From Dicyema japonicum (taxonomy: Eukaryota > Animalia > Dicyemida), in NCBI GenBank assembly GCA_011109175.1, contig RDEW01000037.1, forward strand, positions 518,842 through 582,841: a DNA stretch of 64,000 nt, read 5' to 3'. Shown piece after piece: positions 47,740-62,299 of this stretch. Numbering within the stretch: the stretch's first letter is position 1; every line of letters begins with the position of its first letter. Under the pieces are notes generated by a model, which saw only the letters and a list, made by a program, of their open reading frames with translations, had not been told where the DNA came from and did no database searches. Both the position numbers and the translations under genes were made by a program.

Positions 47740-49017
47740 GATACAAAGAAGGTTTATCGACATTATTTCTTGAAGCCAAAAAGGTAATTCAACTCGATCT
47801 GACATGGTTGAGCCTGTTCCATTCCATGAAAGATTTCAAGGATCCTTGAAAGGCTTGTTTTGGAAAAAATACAAGACTCAATCTCAATACCTCCGACCCA
47901 GCACGGATTTCGGGATAACCATTCGACAACAACATACCTTACATCCCTCACACAATTCATTGCGGAAGGATTTAACTTCCCCAAACCCCATCAGAGGACA
48001 GTACTTATATCCGTGGACATCACAAAAGCGTTCGACTCAGTCCCTAGGAAACTCCTAACAAAGAAAATATACGAAACCAACATCCATCCGAACCTGAAAC
48101 TTTGGCTTGGAAACTTCCTAAATGGAAGACGAGCACAAGTACTCTGACAACATCAAATCAAGATCTCGCTATTTCCAATTGGAGTCCCTCAAGGCTCCCC
48201 ACTATCACCCCAACTCTTCAATCTCTACATAAACGACATGCCACAAACCTGTAATGAAAACTGTCTAATCCTCTCTATGCCGACGATATCATTCTTGCCT
48301 CCAAGAACAGAAGCATTTAATCAGCGACTCAGTCCGCTCAACAAATGCTCGACAACCTGGAACTATGGCTCTCGAAGCGGAGACTCGACACATCAGCAGC
48401 AAAGTCCTTTGTCACTCTGTTTACCACTTACAAAGACAGCTCTGTATCGAACCAAAAGTCTTTATGAAGAACGAAGCTATTCCTATTAACAAAACACCGA
48501 AGATTCTGGGAGTCCTTTGATCAGGGACTCACCTTTATCGATATGTTGAGAACAAAGTAAACTGAGAATTTTAAAAGTGCTCTCAAAAACACTTAGAGAC
48601 TTGCCACGATTTATGAACAATTTATCTGACCAACGATGACGTATGCAAGTCCTTCATGGGCAATGCAGATTTCACGATCCTCCTCATTGAAACTATCTGC
48701 ATTCTAGGGGACTGAATAAAGTTAATTGGACCAGAACACAAAATCCAGCCCATTGAATATTTCTTAATCGAATTACAACGGAAACTCTTAAAGGAGGCTA
48801 TTTCACCGAGCTGCCCTCTATTCCATACACTATCGAAATATCTATAATCATCAGAAGTTTTGAGCCGATGCTATGTCCAATAAGAATAGCTGTTAAGGAT
48901 TCTCGATCCAACCGGACTCGTCCTCTCCTTTGTCGGTCTGGGATCACTTAGTTAGATGAGAACTTTTATTTCTTTTCTTTGACCCAGTGATCCTGGGGGT
49001 AATAATAATAATAATAA
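47740..49017 (+). mobile_element. 5'-truncated Jockey/I-like LINE (RT, 3' UTR, (AAT)n tail)
   Basis: QHGFRDNHST, DITKAFDSV, GVPQGSPLSPQLFNLYIND, LYADD, TPKILG; ends GGGGGT(AAT)n. Confidence 0.9.
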
Positions 49018-50084
49018 TTCATAGGTATTAAAAACGGTATAATCAAGTTAGAGAGAGACTCATGATTATGGAGAGAGACTCATGAACCTATACCAGTCTT
49101 TAATACTTATGTCATTCTTCTAGGACCCATTTATCTGTTATAACAGTTTAGAGAAGATCTCATTTAAGGCGAAAATAGCTTACAGAGTTACGGAAAAGTC
49201 GATTTCCTAAATGAAATACCCAGCACCGTCTTTTTCGGAGTCAGTATACGTAAAACGACAGTTCTGTCTAGTACGTTTTTGTGTAGATTAGAGACGATCA
49301 TAGAGCCAAGTAGTTTTTAACGTGTTGGGTTCAAATAGTTCTGCCATGCTTAGTGGTATACATGACGTTATCAAAAAATAATTGCTACTTTAATAAAGAG
49401 ACATTTTTAAATCGTATTGAGTGTTATAGGGGATTACATTTTATTAAAAATCCTGCCGTGAGGCTCGGATACTTTCTCAGTTTTACCACCCTAGCTTCAA
49501 ATTTTTGTCTGATTGTCCTATCTTACACTCTAGTAGTTAGAAGAACTCCTTATCAGTTTAATTAAGACAGTCCTTACTTAGTTGTTTCAGCATTTCCTTC
49601 TATTTTCCTAGTGTTTCTTTATTTCATTTACGACGGTCCAGCTTGAACGTTATCCTCCTCGCCTTATCCAGAAAGTTGATTATTGTTCCCTCTGTCGAAA
49701 AAATATCATCCTTCACATCCTAGATGAGAGAGAACAGAATAATTCTTTCAAAAATAAAGATAAAAGTCTCTTTTAAATCAAGTCTAGGTAGACATAAGAT
49801 GCTCGCATTTTGACATAATCCTTTCTGTATCCAAAACGGACACCAAATTAAGGCAGATAATTAACATTGCTGATACCACTCAGTTTGATAAATTGAAATA
49901 AAAAGTATAAGACCCCCCATAGGTAGCATGGTTTGAGCGAGGTGGACTGTAAAGCCAGTTTATATTATAAATTAGTAAATTATTGTCTGTGCTAATGAGA
50001 ATCATAATGCTTGGTGACCTTTTTCATAATTGAGCAGCCAAGGATTCCATACGTTCAACATGGAAAGGACAACAAATGGTTTTT

Positions 50085-50165
50085 TTAACAGCCTTTTCAC
50101 GAGAGCCATAATATCTATAGCTACACATAGGCAGGACACACACTTTATTTAAGTAAAGAACAATT
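50085..50165 (-). mobile_element. SINE family 1 3' fragment
   Basis: ACAGCCTTTTCACGAGAGCC...ATAGGCAGGACACACACTTTATTTAAGTAAAGAACA. Confidence 0.85.
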
Positions 50166-51197
50166 GATTGCAAAGAGAACTGGCGAAAGCGAGTCCCCTT
50201 GCGGAGTACCAATCTAGGCTCCGTTGATTTTTTGTTCCCCGAAACTTTTGGAAAAACGTCAGCGGCTCGTTGGAATAATTTGGACCTATATTTTAATAAA
50301 ATATAAGAACCCTTCGTAAATGCTGACCTAGATAATTTTTTTATTTAGTGTCTTTTGCTCCATTGTTAAACAATACCTATACACCGCAAATCACGCTAGT
50401 GTCAATTTGAAAATACAGGTTCACAATACTGAAATTCTATTATATAAATTTTTTACCGCAAAATCAACCTCGTTCGGGTCCTCGAAGATTCTACAGAATT
50501 TATAAAAACGGGGACGGTCTCATTCTCCATAGATTCCCCGCATTACAAGATAGTCAGATATAGAGTGAAAGCGGACAGCCGTTTTTCATAGCCTACTGTA
50601 GAAATGACTTCACTCTTTAGATGTTCTTTAAGATTCATTACGTTATTCACAGTTTTCTTATTAATTATTTTAAGGCAGCAAGTTGTGCGGCTTCTAATTT
50701 TTGAGACTTTTGAGACGACGATTCAGATATCAGCTTCAGAAAGGACATGCGTAATCGATTGCTGGCAGTATGTATTGTCTGTAAATTTTCGGTAGTAAGA
50801 AGGTGTTGTGCCCAATTGGTGATCGGGACAAAATTTTCAATATGCTGGTCTTTTCCTGAAGTTGGTTATAATGTCATTGACGTGTGATTCGAATGTCAAG
50901 AGAGTATTCAACTTTAATCCTAGTGAAATATTTGGAGTCGAATAAAGGGGGCGGAAGCGATTGGTTAACAAAATCATCAAAGTGCTAATAGTAAGTGAAA
51001 ATAAGATATTTTATTAAAAGTAAGTTAAATTAAAGTTGTTATGAGGTCTCTATTATGACCTGGAAATATTGAACACGCGATGGGAGATACCTTTCATAAT
51101 TTCGATTCCTAATGTTCTGGAAAAGCCATCGCGTCATTCTAGGTTCACCCTTCCTCTTCTTTACAGCTGCCCGATTAACCTGATAAACTCATTAACC

Positions 51198-51347
51198 TGA
51201 TCCGATTTCGCAGTGAGATGTTCACTGATGACGGCGTCATTCGTCAAGCCAAAGCATTTTATATGCGTGGAACTTTTATCCGGAATGTACAGCTGCGAGA
51301 TTCGAACTATGACTCCTCAGGCCATTTAAAGCTCTCATAACAACGCC
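51198..51347 (-). mobile_element. SINE family 1 5' half
   Basis: CACTGATGACGGCGTCATTCGTCAAGCC body plus GTTCGAATC B-box. Confidence 0.8.
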
Positions 51348-51464
51348 AAATCGGAATGTAATATTATAGTTTATTGAAGATAATGTTAATTTATTGTATT
51401 TTATGATTTTTTAATAAAATGTAATATAAAGTAATTTATTTATTTTAAGAATATGAAGGTTATT

Positions 51465-53555
51465 TTGGTTGAGGTGGTGACGTCCCTCTTGAAAAGTATG
51501 TCTGAAAAACACGAAAATTGCAACCTAAATGACTTCTCTCTTTTAACGTTCAACGTCAGAGGACTCTCTAGTGCATGGAAAAGAAAAGAACTTTGTGAAG
51601 ACCTTTCAAAATACAAGATATCAGTCGGATGTCTCCAAGAGACAAAATTATCGAAGGAGTTTGAAGAAGAACACGGAAAGTTTCAATTAATCTTTCTCTC
51701 TGGGGGATCAAAACATTACGAAATTTGATTTCTTGTAAGAAAGGACTTACTCCTGCGCATATACCGTCACTTGACTATCAACGAAAAGATTGGGATTTTA
51801 CAAATAACATTGGACGATCATAACTCTCCGAAGAGTTATCTTACTATTATTAACGCATATGCTCCACATAGTGGATGGATCAATAAGAAACCCGAGGAAA
51901 TTGACGACTTTTATGCGAATCTGTCTGATGTTTATTCCAATTATGCAAATTTCACATTAATATTGATTGCCTATGATCTTAATGCAAAAGTTGGAAATCG
52001 AATCACTATAGAAGAATCATTCATTGTAAGACATGGAAGGGGAAAAAGGAACATTGCAGGAACCTTGCTAGCCAGCTTTTGTCAAGCAAATTATCTATTT
52101 TTTGTAACACGGACTTTATCCACTCTGCAAGACACAGGACAACTTGGTCAGGCAATAGAACTAAGTCTGACGGAAGCATTGCGAAATAGACTACATTATT
52201 TGCAGACAAAAAGACCGCAGTATTGTCACTGATGCCCGTGCTTATGAAGGGTCTATAATTGACAGCGATCACAAGATGGTTATTGCCAATATGTCCATAA
52301 AGAAACTTATGGGTTTGCAAGGGATGAAAAGAGAGTGCAATGGACACACGGACTGCGGGGGAAGGGATACGTTTTAGACCGTACCTGTCTGCTTATCAAA
52401 GTGGCTTCCGCAAAGGGAGATCAACGTCAGATGTTATATGGAGCCACAAATGGAGAAGTGCGACTGTTATATAATTTAAAATAACGACAACCATTCTGGG
52501 GATTGATATGTTAAAGGCTTTTGATTCCGTCAACAGGATCAAGCTGCTGCACATACTGGAGCACTTTTTGGAAAGCTCAACGATTAGGATGGTCAGGACT
52601 GGGAAAGCTTTATCGAGGAAATTTGAAACGACAATTGGTACCCCTCAAGGAAATCCATTATCCCCGATTTTGTTTATTATTTATCTGGAGGCAGCTCTAC
52701 GAGACTTGAAGCCTCATATCAGAGAAGGAACTAGCATAATAGCATATGCGGACGACGTGGACTTTATTTCGAATAACAAAGAAGAGTTAATTGCACTTTT
52801 GGAAAAATGCCTGGTAAAATGGCTGAGTGGTCATTAAAAGTAAACACAAACAAAACCGAAATCACGGAGCTAAAAAGAAGTGAGGAAAGGACCGATGAGC
52901 ACTGGCGTAGATCAAAAAAACTAGGATCCCTTTCGGTGACACAGAAGATATAACACGAAGGAAGTCACTAACTAACGTCGCTTTCAACAAAATGAAGAAG
53001 ACCTGGCTTCTGCACAAGGGCTTGACCCTAAAACTCGAATGAGACTATTCAATGCCCTAGTGAGTCCAATCCTATTATATAATGCCGGTACAGGGCATGT
53101 ACAGGAGGAACTCGAAAAGTTGAATTCTTTTCACAGAAATCATATCCGAGCACTCCTTTCTTCCCGAAGCTTTTTCAAAATGCTGTCCGAAATCTTATAC
53201 AAGAGAACAGGAACTGAGCCAACATCATGTGATAGTAATGATTTAAGATGAAGGCTCTTTGGACACATACTACACCACGATATGGGGACCCCTGCCAACA
53301 TATCAATGGAGGAGTATTTTGTCTTAGAAGCTTATCGCTTCCGCGGCCGGACGAAAACAACACTGACGGTTTTTCTAGATGAAGATCTCAGGAGGATTGG
53401 AAAGTGCCTTAAAGATGGGGACGATCTAGATATGCTACGGAACATGGCAACGGATCGAAAAAGATGGGCGACGTTAATTAGATTGATAACTTTTTATGTT
53501 GCACATGTTTTGTCATGATCTTGGCATCGCGTACGTGCCTATAATAATAATATGA
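51465..53555 (+). mobile_element. Degenerate, internally deleted RTE-type LINE
   Basis: 5' motif; TFNVRGL, GCLQETK, INAYAPH; DMLKAFDSV, GTPQGNPLSP, AYADD; LFGHIL; ends TATAATAATAAT. Confidence 0.9.
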
Positions 53556-54449
53556 AGGTTATGACTAGACTAACGTATCCTTCTTCTGTTGCAAGATCTT
53601 AACCAGCCATCCACATGACTACTTCATCGGACTCCGGGTTTGTCTTCATCTTGCCACCCGATATTCTATTCTCTTAAAACAAAATGCTTATGTCCTCCTA
53701 GAGTAGGATTACGTCAAAGATGAGAGGCCTCTGTTAACTCCGTTAGTTTATTCAAAAACCACAGCTTGGAAGATTCCCAAGGATATATTCTTCTCGAACT
53801 AGATATCAGTGATGCTTTCGACACTCTAAGAATAATAATAATATTCCAGTGGTTTTATAGAAAGATGATGCCCTTATATCTTCAAATTACCCAATTGTGA
53901 ATTTTCCGACTTTGAGTTTTCAGAATCTATATCATCTTTTATGATTTAACTCCCATAAGTATATCTGCTGATAAACCCGAATATTCCATGATCCCCCATC
54001 ACTAAGAGAGCAATGGTGTATGCATTATGTGACAAGCAATGCTTATTTTAAATTATTTATGTTCGTTATATTCGATTGTTTCTTCACTAACGATCATTTT
54101 CAACTCAATCAAAGATATATGAAAACAATCTATTATTTATCTGATCCTAAAGCCTAGGAAACCAAAGGAAGACTCAAGCTCCTAGAGACCGATGTCGCTT
54201 TTGTGTGTAGACAAGAATTTCAGAAAGACTGGTTATGGCACTCATCCGCCCTTTCCTCCCTGAAGCATGGTTTCAGCATGGCTTCAAAGAGTGAACGTCG
54301 ACTGTCTTTGACACCTAAATGCATTAAAGGAATTCATAACAGATTGCCTAAACAACGACGATTATTTGCTTAGTTGACAAATTTGACTCTGTCGTAAGAT
54401 CACCACAACAAAATTATTCGTCGATCAATGACGCAAATCTAAGTAATGG

Positions 54450-54680
54450 TTGGGGAATTTCTTGAGCTGTCCCCGAGGGCGAGTACGCCAGGGTAATCGA
54501 TGTTCCACATCCAGACTATTATTACCAAACGAGGTTCCTTATGGTTCCCCATTATTTCTAGTCTTATGCAATCTAATTACGAATGACTTAACAATTCAAC
54601 AAGATGACGACACATTACGGTCCTACGCGGATGATATTGTTGTTTCACAACCGTCAATAAAGCTAATGAATTCTTGAAGT
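54450..54680 (+). mobile_element. LINE RT fragment
   Basis: EVPYGSPLF..ITNDL..SYADD. Confidence 0.6.
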
Positions 54681-55019
54681 ATTTTTTTACGAAAGCTCCC
54701 TTTTCTCAATTTCGAGTGCAGGGAATCCACCATAAAAATGTTAAAATTCAGACTAAAGGCGATTCTTTGTGAAAGTCCTTTATTTCAAAACAATCTTTTC
54801 AGAGATATAGAATACATACTTCAATAGCGATTTTCTCCTTATTAGAAAGCTTGGGACAGAAATTCGGTGTCAATCCTGAGATATATCTGAATCTGTTAGC
54901 AACTTTTCGAAGATTATGTCCACGATTTTCAACACGACGACGTTTGATCCAGAACACGCAAACCATACTTTAACTGACACAATTTCATTTTTCATAGAAT
55001 TAACATCTCCACAGCAGAA

Positions 55020-55400
55020 TACACACTTTATTTTAAGCAAAAACAGTTATCATAACTAATCTTAGAGGAGAACCAAGAAATGCTCTTCACTTTTTGTTTT
55101 CTTTTTCTAGGTGTGTGTCCTTTTAGACAATCCAATGGTGCGTAAACGTTGACAATTGTGATTAGTCTCCTCGAATTTCTGCTTGATCTTGTACGTATTT
55201 GTAAGACACTGATTCTGTCATTGCCAGTAACCATATACTCTGGGAATATAGTCCTTTTGTATGGCAAAGCCTTGTCCATAATGCCTCGATTTCAAAGAAG
55301 CAATAGTAACCTGTAATTTTCATGAGATTCATCAAGTCCATTTTTTATTTTAGTCTCCTGCAGGCAGCATACAGAATCCCGGTATTTCTCAACATCGGAA
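55020..55400 (-). mobile_element. RTE APE fragment (55140-55400) joined to a SINE-1 tail piece (55020-55135)
   Basis: SVCCLQETK, HYGQGFAI, NDRISVLQI, NVYAP; CACACTTTATTTTAAGCAAAAACAGTT matches the SINE-1 tail. Confidence 0.75.
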
Positions 55401-55879
55401 AATAGAAGCTGCCTCTTAGCCACGTTATTCACGCCTGACATTGAAGGTTAAGATAGTCAGGTCATTAAATTGTTCTGAATCCTTTGCAGACATATGTGCA
55501 AAAGAGGCATGTCACCATCTCAAGCAAAAAGAACTCCCGAAAATCCTTTTCGCAAAGTTGACAACCATTGAGATCCACTTGATCCTGACACCTGATCGAC
55601 TCTCAGTGATTAATGCTTTGAAGGACAGCCGATGAGCAGGAACATTTCTCACAGTAGATCTTATGCTAGTTCCATTGGCATCATGTATTCCTGAAGATAT
55701 ATTTCTCACTTCTAATTTGTTTCTATCTTCAATATTCTTTGTAAGAAGGCCCTAAGGATTTGTTTGCAAACTAGTGAAAACAGACATGCACACCACCACT
55801 AGAACGAAAAATACATTATTGTATAAAATAAATAATAATGTAATCACATTATTATTAATTAAAGATGAAATATGAAATT

Positions 55880-56330
55880 TTAAGTGACGCAAGTTTTAAA
55901 CAGCCGTTGAATATGCCTTTTACATGGAGATTCGCGCTATCGGAGTCTATGGTCCAAAGAGTCAACTCAATACACCAGAATACACTCAGTGTGTTTTGCC
56001 CACGTAATAGATCAACAGTCGACCCACTACTCATGGAAGCTAAGATCCGTAGTCGTGGCTCCGGATTTCTTCGCGTCTGTGAGGAAGATAGAAACCCGCT
56101 TCGCCTGATCCTTTCCATGGCAAGAGAAAACTGATTGGATAAGAAATTCCCTCCCCGATCGGATTCCTCTGCAAGACCGAGAGAAGGCTCTTCCGGAAAG
56201 TAGTGGGGACAATGGAAGATTACAGACGTCGAATGGCACAATTGATAGCGAGGACTGGGATCACTAACTGTTTGACTCTTTTGTCTTTCTTTCTCGGTGT
56301 TCCCGGGGTTATTAAAATAAAATAAAAATA
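55880..56330 (+). mobile_element. LINE 3' end sharing its terminus with SINE family 2
   Basis: Ends CTTTCTCGGTGTTCCCGGGGTTATTAAAATAAAAT versus the SINE-2 tail CTTTCTCGGTGTATCCGGGGTTAATAAAT. Confidence 0.7.
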
Positions 56331-56799
56331 AATTATAGTCTTTTGTTGTCTTTTCATTAATCGAAATTTTATGACAACTTTAATATATGTGGACATAAGT
56401 TCTTCGGATTTATCCCCATAGATCTCATGGAAGAAGGTAAATTCGATTTCTTATCCTAATAGTGGTTCAAATAACGATAGAAGAACTCGATAACCAGAAA
56501 AATAACTTATTTCCCTTAGAAAAGAGGTACTTAATCAAAGTAACGGAATAAGACCATTTCCGAGAAGGACTGGACAAACTTTATCGAGAATGCCTACAAC
56601 AAATCTATTGAGTCTAGGAACGACTTCATTTTTCTATCATTTGTACAATTCTGTCTCACCTAAGAACTCAATTACGAATTCTGAGGCAGTCGCGGTAGAA
56701 TATAGACGTTCCCCTATAGTAACTGCTCAAGCCTTCCTTAAAACGTCCACGAAATTGTATTCTGTCAATTTATACACTCCGATTTCTTTACTTCATCTC

Positions 56800-57400
56800 A
56801 TTGACCACCAAGATGTCTATCTGGGGGCCCTAGAAAGTAATGCTAGTTCATTATGCCTTTTCCTTAAGGATCAAGCATTCACTAGCACTATTTTTAATCC
56901 TTGTTTCAACAATTTGGTTACCTTGCTTCTTCTGCTTCTTCAAAACCACCCTTACTATCTACATTAAATCCATCTGTGTATTCGCGGACAGATAGTTAAG
57001 CTGTTACATAATCTTTGATATTTCAGAATATATTTTCTCTTATAAATTGGGTGAGACTTCATTCGACTTTCGACTAATTTTTGGTGCCGTCTTTCACGTA
57101 ACATCCATCATATCTGGCACAATGTGAGGACGAGCAACAATTTATGCAATTAATTGTGTTTCCAGGAATCTTTCACACGCAGAGAGGCCGTGTTCTCCTC
57201 AAGTGAGACATCTTGTATTCTTACAGAAGCAGGATATGTGCCCATAGCGTTGGCAGTTGAAACATTTATGTGGGCTTCTTCTGTACTATTAGCATGTAAT
57301 GGTACGTGAGAAATGTTGAAACAATGTCCGAAGCGAAGTAGCCTCCGCCTTTGATCTATTTTTAAGAATAGTTGTGTACTTTTGATTCCGGCCAGGTATT
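56800..57400 (-). mobile_element. Jockey/I-like ORF1 remnant with CCHC knuckles
   Basis: CFNCQRYGHISCFC followed by a second degraded knuckle; 56865-56900 resembles 3595-3640. Confidence 0.65.
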
Positions 57401-57439
57401 TGGCGTCTCCTTAGTAAGGTGGATCCAATTAAGCCATTT

Positions 57440-57800
57440 AGTTATTTTTATTTATTTAACTCCAAGACCACCAAGAAAGATAGGTCAAAATTAACTAATT
57501 AGGTGATCCAAGCCACCAACAACATCTGAACTCTCTTCGTCTAGTCTTCTGATGACCAGCCGCATTCCGGAAGCGCATTCTATTCCTTCTGCATAAAAAT
57601 TTAAACGGCGTGCACTTTTTTTATAACCGAACGAAATCCTCTGCATGGGTCACCTTTTCCCTGAATTGGCTTCCCAGTTCCTTGCAAAAACGTAGGAAAC
57701 CTTGGCCATTTCTCACCGTCGCCTCCTCAATGACAGGATTCCTGTTGGTCTACCGATGGTAAATTGTATAAACGAGGGAATATGTCTCGTCAGAGATTTA
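57440..57800 (-). mobile_element. LINE 3' end remnant
   Basis: GGATCACCTAATTAGTTAAT...TCTTTCTTGGTGGTCTTGGAGTTAAATAAATAAAA tail, also echoed at about 32447, 32945 and 61140. Confidence 0.55.
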
Positions 57801-58745
57801 ATTCTTCGTCATCCTAAATAACCCTCTCCGACAAGTATGCATAGTTTTAAGACAAACGAATCCAACACCACTCCCAGAATTCTCCATTTGCACTCCGAGC
57901 ATCTTTCTCTAGATTTCCAGTCGGTGGTGTATAACCTTACTTCAGACTACAACCTAATATTATGGTAGGTCGAAGATTCAATCGAAGTTGATTCGGAAAA
58001 AAAGACCTTCATTAATTACACACGCTAATTGTGATCAAAATTCAAACAAAAATTTAAATGATGCTTTTCAGTCTTTTCAGTCAAATATTTACGCAGGGTT
58101 GATTTCGCAATGAATATCTCATAATTAGAGCGATTTTAGTCAAGATTAACAACTTCGATCGAAGATAAAAGACCAAAGAAGAAAGCTAGAAACTCAAGGA
58201 GCTTATTCGAAACAAATGACTTTAATGATGATTCCCTAGATTTTGTTTTTTTATGAAATGTTCTGTTCAGGAACTATCAATCATTGATGTCTTTGTTTAA
58301 CATAAAAATCATAATGTTCTTATAAATTATTTTTTTTGTAAACAAAAGACCTTTTTGTGTACTAAAGTGTTTTACAGAGTTAAAAAATTATTCAAAAGCG
58401 AGTGGTTTAATTGTGTAAGTGGACGAAAGTTTATCCGGATTTGCAGTGGAAAGTTTTTCAATCGAAAAAGCAGCAAAGATATTGTCGAAGTGTAAGCTTA
58501 TAATATCTATCCTCATAAAGATCTCCATGTCAAAACATAATTAAGCATAAGGCTATGACTGGAAAATTTTCTTCTGTTCGAAGGTAGAGTTCAAATTAAT
58601 GAAACAAATTGAATATAGCGCTTACTTCATAACTGAGTCCCACAGGGATCCTGTATGTCTTTGATTCTATTTAATTTGCTCATACATGATATACCAACAA
58701 TTAGGACCAGAATACACAGGATAGTTTTGGAGTCCTTGATTAATC

Positions 58746-59400
58746 TCAACAGCGGGAAGGTTTCTTTTCATATCTCGGGCAAACGTCCATATATAATCTG
58801 ATGTGCGGTCCGAGGGGATGGTCAAGGGACTTTGCCATCTTGAGGAAATCCCGGTGACGTTCCGTAAGATATTCCATGATTGGGAGGACGTTTAGTGTTC
58901 TCCGCAATAAAGAGGTGGACGTCTTTTTCGACGATCTCAATAGAATCCTGAGACATCGATTTTGTAAAACCTCCAGCTTGCTCTTGTACCGATATGATAA
59001 GGGGCAATCCATGCAGCACAGGCGTACTCGATAATAAAAACTGTTTGTATAGAAGCTATAACGATGGGCGGGAAGATATTGGAGAGTAAGTGAAAGCCTT
59101 GAAAATTCCAATTTTCTTTTGGATCCTCGCGGTTACTAGGTCCACTTGATGGGTAAATGTGAGTATGGGATCCAGGATGACTCTAAGGATTGAAAGGGTC
59201 TTATTAATAGGAATACAATGTTATTCGTGGTGTTGCTTGTAATTCTTTTTGTGCTGAGGTAAACGTTATACATGTGATTTCCTGGTGATATACTCAGACG
59301 GTTCTTCAGGAACCAAAGACCCATCAGGTTTAGTAGATCTTGCACGGACCGTGTCACCTCGATTCTTCGATGTTTTAACTGCAACCACTAGTCCATCCGC
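58746..59400 (-). mobile_element. Jockey-like RT C-terminal fragment
   Basis: KLEVLQNRCLRILL..S..TSTSLLRRTLNVLPI. Confidence 0.75.
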
Positions 59401-60289
59401 ATACAATAAAAGAATTGTGGTTTGGGGGTTGGGGATGGGGGATCTATAAATCAGTTGGCTTTGACACTTTCTTTTTGATGATCTTGAGGATTCTTAAATA
59501 AAATAAACAAAAGGGTGTCTCAATGCAGATTATGGAGGGGAGACTCTTTTTTTCTTCATGAAATACACTAAGTCTACTCTTAGTGGTTAGAAAGCGATCT
59601 CCAATTGAGAACTCCATCGATTAACAATCTATTAACTACTTTGTTCCTTCACTCAGATTCGCTTTGGAAATTTCAATTAGCGAACAAACTCTGACTATTG
59701 TCAAAGTCGTATTGACCTATTTATTTTCCTCATGATGCCCTCGGAATCTCGCTACTCTACGTTACGTCAGGAGGTTCCACGTATCTTATCTTTATTTTTT
59801 GTGAAACTACTAATTTAAAGTTTCTGTCAATTCCAGTATATGAGGTAGTCCTTTAACAGAGAAAAGACTCCATCGTAGATTTTATATCTTTGTAAATAGT
59901 GAAGTACCTCAAACTAACAATATTTCATGCAACGAGAGAGTGTCTTCCGCATCAGGATAGAATCCTTCCTTCTCTTTTCTTTTAGATTCATTCATTTTCT
60001 TAAGCTTTTCTTTAATTAAATAACTCGAATACTTCTCAGAGTCTGTCCAGAGACATCCCAAACGGATAATCTTCAGTTTCTTGGAACATTTTTCTTTCTC
60101 AAATTGTTATTTCAGCAGTTTTTCGTATTCCTTATTGGATCTCACAATTAGGTGAATAAATCACTTTTCCATTCTTTATTGCTTAATTTCCAATGGTTTC
60201 ATGTTTACTTACTCCTTTTCCATTTAACTGAGGATTTCATACTAGCTTTAATGGCACTATGATGCCCGTTTCAGTTAAATGGAGATCAG

Positions 60290-61190
60290 GTATCATAGCA
60301 GTGCTGCCAATTGACTCTCCGGCTAATTGGCCATAAGATTCAGAGTTCCCCTTTGTCTTTTCTCCTATTTAACTTATTTCTAAACGATTTACCAACTACT
60401 AAAGATCAGGAAACTATGTTTTTATTTTACGCAGACGACCTGATTAGCACTGCAAGAGACAAATCTTCTTCCAGGGATATGGCCTCGTTTAGTCACACCT
60501 CAACCGGAATGTGACTGGCTATCCGAGAATTTGTTGTCTGTGTCTACATCCAAGCCTCATGTTCACCCAATTTACTACGGACAGGAGATTTAAAGTGAAA
60601 TTGAGATATTCCTTGGAAAATATTGCCATTCCTTATACGCAAATCCAGATCTTTGGAGTGAAATTCGAATCTCTTATGACGTTCTCCAGTCACACGGATA
60701 AAATGTCAACCAATTCGGTTCGAAAGTGGAACGTCCTAAAAGCTATAGCCCCTTCCTACCTACAGCTTGTATCATTAAACTATATCTTCAGATTATTTTG
60801 GCGACAATTGAATATGCCTGATATGCCTAAAGAGACGCTCTTCCCTTTTCAAGGGTCGATTATGAACTCTCTTAGGCGGAAGATCATGCGGCATATGAAA
60901 CCAGACACCATATCCATCCCAGTCTCCTTTTAGAGGCGGTGACGTAGAGAAATGGCTAGTGCTTCTACTTATCTGGAAGGAGCAAGGAAACCTAATCTAG
61001 AAAGGGCGGAGGAATTCAGATAGAAAATAAAAAATGCACTCCGATAGAATTCCTTTTCAGGCATAAAACAGACACTTCTGGAGTTTAGTTGGATCTCGGG
61101 TGGAGCATTCGGAGAGAATTCGAGAGATGTTGAAGCTGTGATCACCTAATTAGCGAGTTAGTACTTTCTTGGTGATTTAAAAAAATCAAA
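60290..61190 (+). mobile_element. Degenerate LINE RT and 3' end
   Basis: SPLSFLLFNLFLNDLP, LFYADD, IFGVKFES.MTFSSH. Confidence 0.75.
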
Positions 61191-62299
61191 ATAAATATCG
61201 TACTCATTTATTCAATCAACTGTGATTCTTGAAGTTCCTTCAGCTCCATCATTTGCTAATTTTACGAAATTCTAAAAACCAATATCCTCTTCTTGTTTTC
61301 GCATGTTTTCAGTGTACATTGAAAGTTTGGATTTTATGAAGATTGAGTAAATGTGCTTCTGATTCCTTAGAGATTCGAGAGCACATGTTAACAAACAGAG
61401 ATAGGACTGAGTATACTGATTCAAATCCGTTATTTACAGACAGTCGATAATAACAATGCTCCCAATTATTCTCTCGGATATAAGTTATACTACAATATCC
61501 TCGGTAATGTGCAAATCATGCTGGGTTTTATCTTGACCGGATTTTGCAGTCCAAATTGGAATATCTAAGGTGCTTCCACTCACTCTACCCTCGTTTACCA
61601 TACTTTGTTTTTATTCTTTGCTTTAGTCTTTGAAACCTCCGATTTGGCTTACAAATAAAGTTTTCGGCATATGTGGATTTGAAACGTCCGTGAAAACATC
61701 AAAAGTCCGCTCAATAACATCAAACAAGCCCGTTTGATACGATTCCTGACACAATTTTTTGCTTTTCTGCATATTTTATTAGATTCAGTTGTTCTCTCAG
61801 ATGAGATTTCCTCCTTAATGACTACATCGATTACAAAATTCTTTATTTTGTATTGATTCGTTAGTTTCTCAATAAATATGGATTTATCTGGTTGGATCAC
61901 CGAATATACAAAATTCAGGAGATTCAAAGATCAGAAAAGCGATAGAATTTTCTTTATCTTGTTTCTTTCCAAGATTAGAATATCCGATTAGGCTGGTTTT
62001 CCGAGTCTAAATTAGTATTTTACCATTCTTAAATCCTCAGTAAGTACGATTTTAGTTAGAGAAAAAATTAAACTCAGTTAGATACTTACACTTGCATTCA
62101 TCAAAAGAAGTTATATTCTTCAAAGTCTTACACCTAGCTGGAGAATTAACCTGGTCCTCCGAGACATATTTTGTCAAAATTTAGACTTTAAAAATTTATG
62201 TCAAAGTAACACGGATTCGAAATTTGGGAAGATCAGTAAACTCACCGGAAAAGACGATCCTGTTTTTCTTTAAAATCAAAGATTCGCCACTGATTGTTT

